Part shown: positions 35,039 to 43,190 of the stretch, in pieces
How the letters are laid out: each line of letters begins with the position of its first letter
Numbering within the stretch: the first letter of the stretch is position 1
Origin: an uncultured Acidimicrobiaceae bacterium
GTDB lineage: Bacteria > Actinomycetota > Acidimicrobiia > Acidimicrobiales > SZUA-35
Length of the DNA stretch: 58,001 bases
Direction of reading: 5' to 3'
Assembly: GCA_964609665.1 (NCBI GenBank)
Contig: CAZSTV010000003.1
Location: 26,219 to 84,219, forward strand
Position numbers and translations under genes: made by a program
The notes under the pieces: model-generated
What the model was told of the DNA's origin: nothing
Seen by the model: only the letters and a program-made list of their open reading frames with translations
Databases searched by the model: none

Positions 35039-35467
35039 ATGGCACGATCAATGACCAACGACGAAACTGAAGCGTTCCTCCTGGAGGGTTCACGGACCGG
35101 CAAACTGGCCTGGGTGTCCAAAGACGGCAGCCCGCACGTCGCCCCCATCTGGTTTCTCCTCGACGGGCGAGACATCATTTTCATGACCGGGACCGATAGT
35201 GGCAAAGCCCGGGCGCTAACCCGGACCGGGCGGGCGTCGATGGTGGTCGACCTCGAAGAGGCACCGTACGCCTTCGTCAAGATCGACGGCACGGTGACCG
35301 TCACCGAAAACGATCCCGACCTGTTGGAGTGGGCAACCAAGATTGGCGGTCGCTACATGGGAGCCGACCGGGCAGAGGAATTCGGCAAACGTAATGCTGT
35401 GCCCGAAGAGTCACTGCTGCGGCTGACCCCGGAGCGGGTCACTGCCCTCACCGATGTGAGCGGCTAG
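35039..35467 (+). CDS. PPOX-class (pyridoxamine 5'-phosphate oxidase fold) probable F420-dependent oxidoreductase
   Basis: The pattern MARSMTNDETEAFLLEGSRTGKLAWVSKDGSPHVAPIWFLLDGRDIIFMTG...GKARAL is typical of actinobacterial PPOX-class proteins. Confidence 0.65.
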   Translation: MARSMTNDETEAFLLEGSRTGKLAWVSKDGSPHVAPIWFLLDGRDIIFMTGTDSGKARALTRTGRASMVVDLEEAPYAFVKIDGTVTVTENDPDLLEWATKIGGRYMGADRAEEFGKRNAVPEESLLRLTPERVTALTDVSG

Positions 35468-35889
35468 CTGATCGCTCCAATGATCGCGCCCATCATTGCC
35501 AGCTGGACAACGTCATGGACGCCGTCAATCACCGTCAGCATTCGGGGCTGTTTGGCGAAACCGTTGTGATAGAGGAGCGAGGTGTAGCGCAAGGCGATGC
35601 CCGCAATTGCGCCGAACACCGCGCCGCCTGCCACCGAATCGGTGCCGGTCGCGTGCATCGTCGCCGCTAGAAACGCTGCGGCAATCAGGCTTCCGACTAC
35701 GGCGCCGCCAAGAGCCTCGCCGATCCCTTCGGTGTCATCCGCCTCCTCCTTCGTCATGCCGAGGAGTCCCGCCCAGGTCTTGCCAAAGACCGGCCAGCTG
35801 TACCAAACGAACCCCAGAACGAAACTCGCTACCGCCGCAGCGAGTACCGCCAAGTAGTTGATGTCACCGAGGGTCTGTACCCAATCCAT
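35464..35889 (-). CDS. DUF1761-like small membrane protein
   Basis: 141 aa with 4 hydrophobic helices. The N-terminus INYLAVLAAAVASFVLGFVWYSWPVFGKTWAGLLGMTKEE matches the DUF1761 pattern as remembered. Confidence 0.55.
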   Translation of the reverse strand: MDWVQTLGDINYLAVLAAAVASFVLGFVWYSWPVFGKTWAGLLGMTKEEADDTEGIGEALGGAVVGSLIAAAFLAATMHATGTDSVAGGAVFGAIAGIALRYTSLLYHNGFAKQPRMLTVIDGVHDVVQLAMMGAIIGAIS

Positions 35890-36033
35890 TGATCATTTCT
35901 CCCGTTTTGTGTGGTCGTTCGCCTGGTCAACGAACAAGACAGTCCAAATCGGACCGGTTCTCAAAACTTTGCCAACAGTATTCGTCCGGCCGAGATCGCG
36001 CTGCGTAAACCGTCGGACTCCGCTAAAACAGAG

Positions 36034-36708
36034 ATGGTGCCTCGTCAAAACCGTGTCGACCCGTGGGGTGATCTCCACGCAGTACGTGCCTCCGGCATGT
36101 TCACCGGCAACCGAGGCTGTCTTGTTGGCGACGGCGGTGGCCCACCGATTCGTCATCACAACGGCTCGCTCTGGATCATCTGCGAGACCCGGTTTCGAGA
36201 TTGGCGGCACCCGCTTGACGCCCCCAGAACCTGGACCCCACTTTTCTTTCTCGATGACGCGGTGGGTCTGGCCGCCGGGCACCGCCCTTGCGGTCTGTGC
36301 CGTCGGGTGCAGTACCTCTCATACCGGGCCGGCGTCACTGACGCGCTCGCGGCGGACACCCCCGTGCTCGCGGATGAGCTCAACCGTCGACTTGCAGCGG
36401 AACGGCTGCGCCGCGGCAGAGGTCTGAGCCGGGCAAGAGATCGCCTGCCGTGGCAGGCTTCAATCGATCAGCTGCCGGTCGGGACCGTCGTGCTGGACCA
36501 GACCATGACCGAGCCCCGCCTCCTCACCGAGCACCACATCCAGCCGTTCACCTTCGACGGATGGGGTAAGCCGACCCCACGGCCGAGCGGAGCCACCATC
36601 AGCGTGTTGACGCCCCAAACCTCGGTTGCCGCGTTGGCAAACGGTTTTGTTCCAACGCTGCATCACTCCGCCGCCGCCCCCTCCTCCACACCTACGGTGG
36701 CGGCATGA
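36034..36708 (+). CDS. Conserved hypothetical protein, translationally coupled to ogt
   Basis: Trimmed to ATG 36034 (MVPRQNRVDPWGDLHAV...). The stop overlaps the ogt ATG (ATGA at 36705-36708). No motif recognised. Confidence 0.5.
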   Translation: MVPRQNRVDPWGDLHAVRASGMFTGNRGCLVGDGGGPPIRHHNGSLWIICETRFRDWRHPLDAPRTWTPLFFLDDAVGLAAGHRPCGLCRRVQYLSYRAGVTDALAADTPVLADELNRRLAAERLRRGRGLSRARDRLPWQASIDQLPVGTVVLDQTMTEPRLLTEHHIQPFTFDGWGKPTPRPSGATISVLTPQTSVAALANGFVPTLHHSAAAPSSTPTVAA

Positions 36709-37211
36709 GCGTGCGACGGATGAGCGTGGACTCGCCCATCGGGCGGCTGATTTTGATTGCTGGTGATGAGGGGTTGACCCGCATCCTGTTCGCCAATCAG
36801 AGCCTGGCCGATCTTGACCTCGACGATGAAGACGTGCCCCAGGTCGACGATGATCCGGTCCTGCTGGACGCGGCACAGCAGCTTGACGAGTACTTCGCCC
36901 GAACCCGCACCACCTTTGACCTTCCGCTGTATTTGGAGGGCACCGATTTCCAGCGGACCGCCTGGTTGGCACTCGCCGACATTCCCTACGGCGAGACCAC
37001 CAGCTACAAGACTCAGGCGGCCGCCATCGGCAAGCCCGGGGCGTTCCGGGCGGTCGGCTCGGCGAACGGCGCAAACCCCATTCCCATCGTGTTGCCGTGT
37101 CACCGGGTGGTGGGCTCCGACGGGTCCCTCACCGGATTTGGCGGCGGGGTGGAAGTGAAACAGCGTCTGCTTGACCTGGAACAGGGCGCCCAGCAGCTCC
37201 CCTTCGCTTAG
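36705..37211 (+). CDS. ogt: Methylated-DNA--protein-cysteine methyltransferase
   Basis: Active-site PCHRV (IPIVLPCHRVVGSDGSLTGFGGG) and the upstream ...F.R..W.AL..IPYGETTSY pattern are present. Confidence 0.9.
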   Translation: MSVRRMSVDSPIGRLILIAGDEGLTRILFANQSLADLDLDDEDVPQVDDDPVLLDAAQQLDEYFARTRTTFDLPLYLEGTDFQRTAWLALADIPYGETTSYKTQAAAIGKPGAFRAVGSANGANPIPIVLPCHRVVGSDGSLTGFGGGVEVKQRLLDLEQGAQQLPFA

Positions 37212-37355
37212 CAGCCGGACGCGGTAGCCGCACTCGGTAATCAATCGGTAACTTCACCAGCGGCTCAGATCGTCCGAAGAAGAGCTTGCGCAGTACACTG
37301 CCGGAGCAGCAAATCGACTGCCGAAGCAGCAGATTCGGTCCACTCCGGAGTACCA

Positions 37356-37748
37356 ATGGCCAAGAAAACCCTCGAACTCGAAACCCCGTTCCGCAAGGGC
37401 GAAGTAGTGCTCGCAACCCGAGACCTCGAAGAGATCCCCGGGGGCACGCAGGGCAAGATTCAGCTGCAAAATGGCATTGGCGTGTGGAAGCGCTACTGGG
37501 TCATGTTCGACGGTGGTCGCCAGATGGGCCAGGTCGACCACAACGACCTCGTGCGGCCAAACCAGCTCCAGCAGTGGATTGCTCAGAAGCAGGCCGCAGA
37601 GGAAGCGGCGCTCAAAGCCGAGTCCGAGAGCGAAGCCGCTGCTGAAGCCTCAGCAGGTGACGGTGGGGGCGGCAGCGGCATCGCGGCCCAGATCCCGGCC
37701 GATCTCCTGGAGCGAAGCAAAGCTGCGAAGGCCCGCCTGCTCGGCTGA
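37356..37748 (+). CDS. Hypothetical small protein with acidic/Ala-rich C-terminal half
   Basis: GGAG about 7 bp upstream of the ATG and coding-like third-position GC. No recognisable motif. Confidence 0.45.
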   Translation: MAKKTLELETPFRKGEVVLATRDLEEIPGGTQGKIQLQNGIGVWKRYWVMFDGGRQMGQVDHNDLVRPNQLQQWIAQKQAAEEAALKAESESEAAAEASAGDGGGGSGIAAQIPADLLERSKAAKARLLG

Positions 37749-37760
37749 GCCTGCGCCCCT

Positions 37761-39002
37761 CTACCCCAGGTAGGACAGCGCAACCGCGGCGTGGGTGGCA
37801 ACGCCAACCGCCATGGCGTCCTCGTCCAACCGCATCCGGTTGGAATGACAGGCGTGGGCCATCCGCGGCACCTCGCCATCGGGGCAGACTCCGAGGAACG
37901 CCATCGACCCCGGGACCTGCTGGAGCACGTAACTCCAGTCTTCGGCTCCCATCACCGGTGCGTCCATGATCGCCACGTTGTCCGTTCCGACCAGGTCACC
38001 CATGACCGCCACCGTGAATGCGGCGAACTCGGCGTCGTTCACGGTGACCGGATAGCCGCGATCGATCTCGACCTCGGCACCACAGCCGTGGGCCGCGGCG
38101 ATCCCCGTCGCAACCTGGGAGATCCCTTCATGCACTGCCGCCCTGGTCTTTTCGTCAACGGTTCGCAGCGTGCCGGACATCCTCGCGCCCTCCGGGATGA
38201 CGTTGGTGGTGGTGCCCGCCTCGATCTTGGCAATTGTCAGCACCGCCGGTTTGAAGGCGTTGACGGTGCGGGTGATGTGAGACTGCAACGCGGTCACGAT
38301 TTCACACGCCACCGGGATTGGATCGGTCGCGCCGTGGGGGGCGGAGGCGTGCCCGCCCTTGCCGGTGACCTGGATGAAGACCTCATCGGCGGCGGCCATC
38401 ATCGGTCCCGGCCGGGTCGCCAGGGTGCCCGCTGGACGGTTGGGCGTGATGTGAATGGCGAAGGCCGCATCGACCGATGGTGACTCCAGCAGTCCTTCGT
38501 CGAGGCAGTACTTTGCGCCGTGGTACCCCTCCTCCCCCGGCTGGAAGAAGAACTTGACCGTGCCTCGCAGCTCGGACCGCCTGGCGTGAAGGAGCCGGGC
38601 CGCGCCGACCAACATTGCAACGTGGGAGTCATGGCCACAGGCGTGCATCGCTCCGTCATGGACGCTGGCAAACGGCTCACCGGAGTCTTCCGGCATCGGC
38701 AACGCGTCCATGTCACCGCGCAGCAACAGCGTCGGGCCGGGGTGATCACCGGTCAAGGTTGCGACCACCGATGACACCGCATCGCCGGTGGTGACCTCCA
38801 GCCCAAGACCTTCGAGCGCGTCGATCACTTTGGCCTGGGTGAGCGGCAACTCAAGCCCGATCTCCGGCTCGGAGTGAATCAGCCGGCGCAATTCCACCAC
38901 CTCGGGTAGCAGATCTTTTGCCTCGGCCAGAAGTTGAGTGGTGTCCAGGTCCGTCCGGTTGCGGAACACAGCCGTCGGGTCGATGCCAGGAGTCGCTGTC
39001 AT
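37761..39002 (-). CDS. M20D-family amidohydrolase (N-acyl-amino acid amidohydrolase / hippurate hydrolase-like)
   Basis: LRRLIHSEPEIGLELPLTQ, LLLRGDMDALP and HACGHDSH are present, which are the classic M20D motifs. Confidence 0.85.
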   Translation of the reverse strand: MTATPGIDPTAVFRNRTDLDTTQLLAEAKDLLPEVVELRRLIHSEPEIGLELPLTQAKVIDALEGLGLEVTTGDAVSSVVATLTGDHPGPTLLLRGDMDALPMPEDSGEPFASVHDGAMHACGHDSHVAMLVGAARLLHARRSELRGTVKFFFQPGEEGYHGAKYCLDEGLLESPSVDAAFAIHITPNRPAGTLATRPGPMMAAADEVFIQVTGKGGHASAPHGATDPIPVACEIVTALQSHITRTVNAFKPAVLTIAKIEAGTTTNVIPEGARMSGTLRTVDEKTRAAVHEGISQVATGIAAAHGCGAEVEIDRGYPVTVNDAEFAAFTVAVMGDLVGTDNVAIMDAPVMGAEDWSYVLQQVPGSMAFLGVCPDGEVPRMAHACHSNRMRLDEDAMAVGVATHAAVALSYLG

Positions 39003-39112
39003 GCCTTCACGGTAGTGGCGGGACAGAAATCGGTCGATGGGTGACCGCTACCGTTGTGGCCGTTCACCGACCCAGGACGCGACGTCGCGGCCGGACTATA
39101 CGCTTGACGGCG

Positions 39113-41194
39113 ATGTCATCCTCGGCGGTTCGGTATGTGATTGTGGCAGCGGGTCTCGCCACACTCGGGATCCAGGTCCTCGTGCCGAGAATCCTCCATC
39201 CATTCTTCGGGTCGGGAACGGACGTCAATGCTGCTGTCGTCGGCGTTGCGCTCGCCGGACTGGCGCTGGGGTACCGCAGCGGTGGCCGTCCGACTCCTCG
39301 GCCGAGCGGGCGGATCGTGCCTGCACTGCTCATCACCGCCGTCTACATCGTGGCGGTTGGCATCCTGTTGCGAACAGGCGTGGCAGATCAGACCGTTGTC
39401 TCAGGCATTTGGCTCGTGCCGGTCGCAACAGCGTTGGTCGGCGTACCGTCGTTCTTTCTCGGCACGGTGTCACCCCTGGCGATACAGGCGCTTGGCGACG
39501 GTCACGATGAGCAAGGAAACGCTGATGGCAACACCAATACCTCAGCGTCGGTGTTTGCAATTGGCACCGCGGCAAACGTCGTCGGCGGACTTGTCAGTGG
39601 GTTCGTCCTTGCGCCGTTCGTTGGCATCTCCCTGAGCCTTATCGGCTTCGGTGTACTGCTGGCCGTGGCGGCCGGTCTCGCCGCCCGATCCGGCGCAACC
39701 GACAAAGCCGATGTGAAGGTCAAAGCCGATGCCGGTGCCAGGGCCGATGCCGATGTCGGTGTCAGGGCTGATGCCGATACCGATACCGAGGGGTCAGCCG
39801 CCCCCGAGCCAATGGTTCCCAAACCGATCACCGGCAAGGTCTACGGGTTCTTGGCGCTGGCGTTCTACAGCGGGGTGGCATCGGTGGCCCTGGAGGTCAA
39901 CGCCTCGCGGATGCTGGCATCCAACTTCGGGCCGACCACCGGTCTATGGGCAGCCATTCTGGCGGTATCTCTGGGTGGACTGGCCATCGGCTACCGCATC
40001 GGTGGCAGCGTCGCCCTCCCCGATCTCGAACCGATTCTGCCCGGCGTCGTACTGATAAACGCGGCCTGGCTGATCGGCGCCACCTGGGCGATATCTGTCC
40101 TGCAGCCGGGGACGGGTGTACCCGTGGTGTCCATGGCGTTGATCGCAACGCTGGCCTTCGGTCCACCGTTTGTCCTGTTCGGAATGGAGTCTCAGATTCT
40201 CGTCGGAGCGGTGTGGCAGGAGCGCCAGGGGTCGATGTCGGCTAGCGCCTCCCTGGTGTTCGCCATCAGTTCCGTCGGCGGCATCATCGGCGCGCTGGCA
40301 GGCATCGCCTTCCTCATTCCCATCCTCGGCGTCTCCGGGCTCGTCCGCCTGTTCCTCGCCGGCTACCTCGTGGTGCTGGCGGCGGTATGGAGTCACTCCA
40401 GGAAAATCACCATCTTTGCCGCTGTCCTCGCAGCGATAATGCCGTTGCCGAGTTGGACGTGGGCCGACACCCCGGGTCGGCTTGTGGCCCAGGAAGAGGG
40501 TCGCTTTCAGACCATTCGGGTCTACACCGACGACGCCAGCTATCTCCGTTTCCACCTCGGCCCGACCTACGAATCTGAGGTGTGGTTCAACACCGGTGAA
40601 CCGCGGTTTGGGTATGCCACCACCATCCTCCAACTGGCGGGTGACCTGGAGGGCAAACGAGTGCTCGTCATTGGCGGCGCTGGCCATGCGCTGGCCCACG
40701 GCTTCGAGAACCGAGGTGCGACGGTGACCGAGGTCGAACTCGACCCGATAGTCCGGGATGTATCAGACCGGGTATTCGAGCCGTTGGAAGGCGAAACGGT
40801 GGTGCAGGATGGCCGCCGATACGTCACCGGCGCGCCGTCGGAGACGTTCGACATCGTGATCGTCGATGCGTTCGCCGGACCCCGGTACGTTCCGCCACAC
40901 CTCACTACCGTCGAGTTCTTCGACCAGGTTCGGCGGGTTCTCAAAACGGACGGCACGATGTATCTCAACATGATCTCCGCGCTGGATGGGCCGGGCAGCG
41001 GGCCGTTTAAGGCCCTCTCGTCCTCGGTCGCCACCTCGTTCGATGCCAGCGGCTACGTGCCGTCCGGCGGCAACATCGTGGTGGTTGGGTCTCGGGGAGA
41101 GCTCGGTCCGACCGTCACGCCGGTCGGCGTATCGAGAACGCCAAACACCGACGACAAGAACCCGATGGACATCTTGCTCGAAACCGCTGGCTAG
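39113..41194 (+). CDS. Fused polytopic membrane domain + spermidine-synthase-like SAM-dependent transferase
   Basis: Trimmed to ATG 39113 (MSSSAVRYVIVAAGLATLGIQVLVPR...). About 12 hydrophobic helices precede a C-terminal Rossmann methyltransferase/aminopropyltransferase-like region (KRVLVIGGAGHALAHGF...VTEVELDP...IVIVDAF...). Confidence 0.65.
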   Translation: MSSSAVRYVIVAAGLATLGIQVLVPRILHPFFGSGTDVNAAVVGVALAGLALGYRSGGRPTPRPSGRIVPALLITAVYIVAVGILLRTGVADQTVVSGIWLVPVATALVGVPSFFLGTVSPLAIQALGDGHDEQGNADGNTNTSASVFAIGTAANVVGGLVSGFVLAPFVGISLSLIGFGVLLAVAAGLAARSGATDKADVKVKADAGARADADVGVRADADTDTEGSAAPEPMVPKPITGKVYGFLALAFYSGVASVALEVNASRMLASNFGPTTGLWAAILAVSLGGLAIGYRIGGSVALPDLEPILPGVVLINAAWLIGATWAISVLQPGTGVPVVSMALIATLAFGPPFVLFGMESQILVGAVWQERQGSMSASASLVFAISSVGGIIGALAGIAFLIPILGVSGLVRLFLAGYLVVLAAVWSHSRKITIFAAVLAAIMPLPSWTWADTPGRLVAQEEGRFQTIRVYTDDASYLRFHLGPTYESEVWFNTGEPRFGYATTILQLAGDLEGKRVLVIGGAGHALAHGFENRGATVTEVELDPIVRDVSDRVFEPLEGETVVQDGRRYVTGAPSETFDIVIVDAFAGPRYVPPHLTTVEFFDQVRRVLKTDGTMYLNMISALDGPGSGPFKALSSSVATSFDASGYVPSGGNIVVVGSRGELGPTVTPVGVSRTPNTDDKNPMDILLETAG

Positions 41195-41327
41195 GCGGAT
41201 GCCCGTGGCACTCAAGGATGCGCCCTACCGATCCGATCTCCACAGGACTAGACTTGGTTGGTCCGATATTCGGACGGCGAGCTAGGAATCAATGCGCTGC
41301 AGGTTTCTGTAGCGAGGGCGGGGTGTC

Positions 41328-42380
41328 ATGATCCGGAAGATCGATAGAGCAGACGAGCGAGTCACGTCTCGAGCCAGATTGCTGGTTGGCGGCGCGGTGA
41401 TCGCCATGGTGTCTTTGGCCGGTTGTAGCACCGACCCCGATGATGGATCGGATGCCGGATCCGATGCTGAGACGATCCAAAGCGACGAGACATCCACAGA
41501 CCTCAACGACACCGAAGACGCCGAGGCCTCCAGAAGCGCCGGCTCGAACGACGACGCCGAAGACGCAGAGAATTCCGAGAACGCTGAATCCTCCGAAATC
41601 TCCGATGAGTCCGATGACGAACGAGTGGCCGAAGACGCCGAGCCAGCGACCGATGAGACCACCACTTCCACTACCGCTGGCGCCGCTGCAAGCGCCAGCA
41701 CCACATCGGGCTACATATCGTCCTATGCCGCACCAGAGGCTTCACAGCTCTTCGCCTACATCTCGGGCGACCTGGACCTGATTGGTGTCACGGTCGCCGG
41801 CGACACGCCGGTCCAAATCACCGATGTGGCTGCGGTCGACAACACGCTCTACGGCATCTCGTTTGATCAGCTGTTTCTGATCGATACCGAGACCGCTGCG
41901 GCAACCGTCGTCGGCGGGATCACCAATGGCGATTTCAACAGCCTGGTCGCCCTGCCCGATGGGCGGCTTCTGGCGGGCGGCCTGAGCGGAACGCTTGCAA
42001 TCATCGATCCGGAGACCGGCGCCGCGGATCAGCTGGGGCTTTACCCCAGCGGGTTGGTATCCAGCGGTGATCTGGTGGTGATGCCTGACGGCACCGTGCT
42101 CGGCTCGGCCAACAACGGCGACGCCGAGTTCCTGGTTTCGGTCGACCCTGACACCGGGGCAACAGCGACCGCCGTCGAAGGTTTGCCACGCCAGCTCTGG
42201 GGCCTCCTGCTTTCCGCCGAAGGCGAGCTGCTCGGACTCACCGCCACCCCTGCGGATCGGTGCGCGGTCGGTGAAATCATCGAGATCGACACCGCCTCTG
42301 GCAGCTTCACCTCGGTTGGCTGCACCGGGTTCGTTCCCGGTGGGGCAACGAACTCAGCTGGCCTCCAAGACCTCCGGTAG
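41328..42380 (+). CDS. Lipoprotein with highly acidic low-complexity region and a repeat-rich (propeller-like) C-terminal domain
   Basis: Lipobox VSLAGC after a basic/hydrophobic N-terminus. An Asp/Glu/Ser-rich stretch of about 90 aa follows. No enzymatic motif recognised. Confidence 0.55.
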   Translation: MIRKIDRADERVTSRARLLVGGAVIAMVSLAGCSTDPDDGSDAGSDAETIQSDETSTDLNDTEDAEASRSAGSNDDAEDAENSENAESSEISDESDDERVAEDAEPATDETTTSTTAGAAASASTTSGYISSYAAPEASQLFAYISGDLDLIGVTVAGDTPVQITDVAAVDNTLYGISFDQLFLIDTETAAATVVGGITNGDFNSLVALPDGRLLAGGLSGTLAIIDPETGAADQLGLYPSGLVSSGDLVVMPDGTVLGSANNGDAEFLVSVDPDTGATATAVEGLPRQLWGLLLSAEGELLGLTATPADRCAVGEIIEIDTASGSFTSVGCTGFVPGGATNSAGLQDLR

Positions 42381-43067
42381 GTGCTCCATCAACCGACCGA
42401 GTATCTCCTCGCCTGCTGGCTTCAGCAGGTGATCTGCTCCGTCGAGTAGCACCAGCTCACCGGTGCCCGCCAGCATGCGAACCATCTCGCTGGCCTGGTG
42501 CGGCAATATTTGATCTGCGGTGCCGTGGAAGTAGAGCAGGTTCCGGTCGGCGAGACGTTCGGCCGGTTCACATCCGGCCGACTGGGTGGCCAGGGTGACA
42601 ACGCCGGGGACCGACTCTTTCTCGAGGTGGGCGGCGGCCTGGATGGCTACGGCGCCGCCAAAGGAATGGCCCATGGTGACAAACCGCTGGGCACCATGGC
42701 GAGCGGCGAGCTCCATTGAGGCCACCGCGTCGTGGACACAGAGCGACAGGTCGTTCGGCCGACGGTAGGAGACCCGCAGCACGCCAATTCCCTTCGGCGC
42801 AAGCGAACGACCCAGCTGGTGAAACAGTCCACCGTCGGGCCCGAGCAGCCCGCCCATCGCACCGCCGAGACAGACCACCACCGACTCACTGTCGGCAGGG
42901 CCGTGCCAGAGGAGTGTCAGCAGACCCTCCATGGTGTAGATCTCCAGATGTTCCAGGTCATCGTCGATTGCGACGGTCTGCATCGCCAGAACCCCGAGCC
43001 GATCCAATGGTGACCCGCCAGCTTCATCTGCAGTTTTCCCGTCATCGGCGGGGGATTGGTCGGTCAT
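42354..43067 (-). CDS. Alpha/beta-fold hydrolase
   Basis: 237 aa with nucleophile elbow GHSFGG and a late D...H pattern (GTADQILPH...GADHLL). Its 3' end overlaps the convergent lipoprotein gene by 27 bp. Confidence 0.6.
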   Translation of the reverse strand: MTDQSPADDGKTADEAGGSPLDRLGVLAMQTVAIDDDLEHLEIYTMEGLLTLLWHGPADSESVVVCLGGAMGGLLGPDGGLFHQLGRSLAPKGIGVLRVSYRRPNDLSLCVHDAVASMELAARHGAQRFVTMGHSFGGAVAIQAAAHLEKESVPGVVTLATQSAGCEPAERLADRNLLYFHGTADQILPHQASEMVRMLAGTGELVLLDGADHLLKPAGEEILGRLMEHLPEVLEAS

Positions 43068-43112
43068 CGTCCAAGCGAATCACAGGATGATCTCATCTGC
43101 CAACAACGACAC

Positions 43113-43168
43113 CGCCAAAACACAAGCGGTCACGGCCTCCGATGCGATGATCGGGGACCGTGACCGCT
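43113..43168 (-). terminator. Putative intrinsic terminator downstream of the large surface-protein gene
   Basis: Inverted repeat AGCGGTCACGG (43125-43135) / CCGTGACCGCT (43158-43168), with further pairing inside the loop (CCGAT/ATCGG). On the minus strand the hairpin is followed by TGTGTTTTGG. Confidence 0.5.
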
Positions 43169-43190
43169 GGTAGAGCAATTGTCGCAGAAG

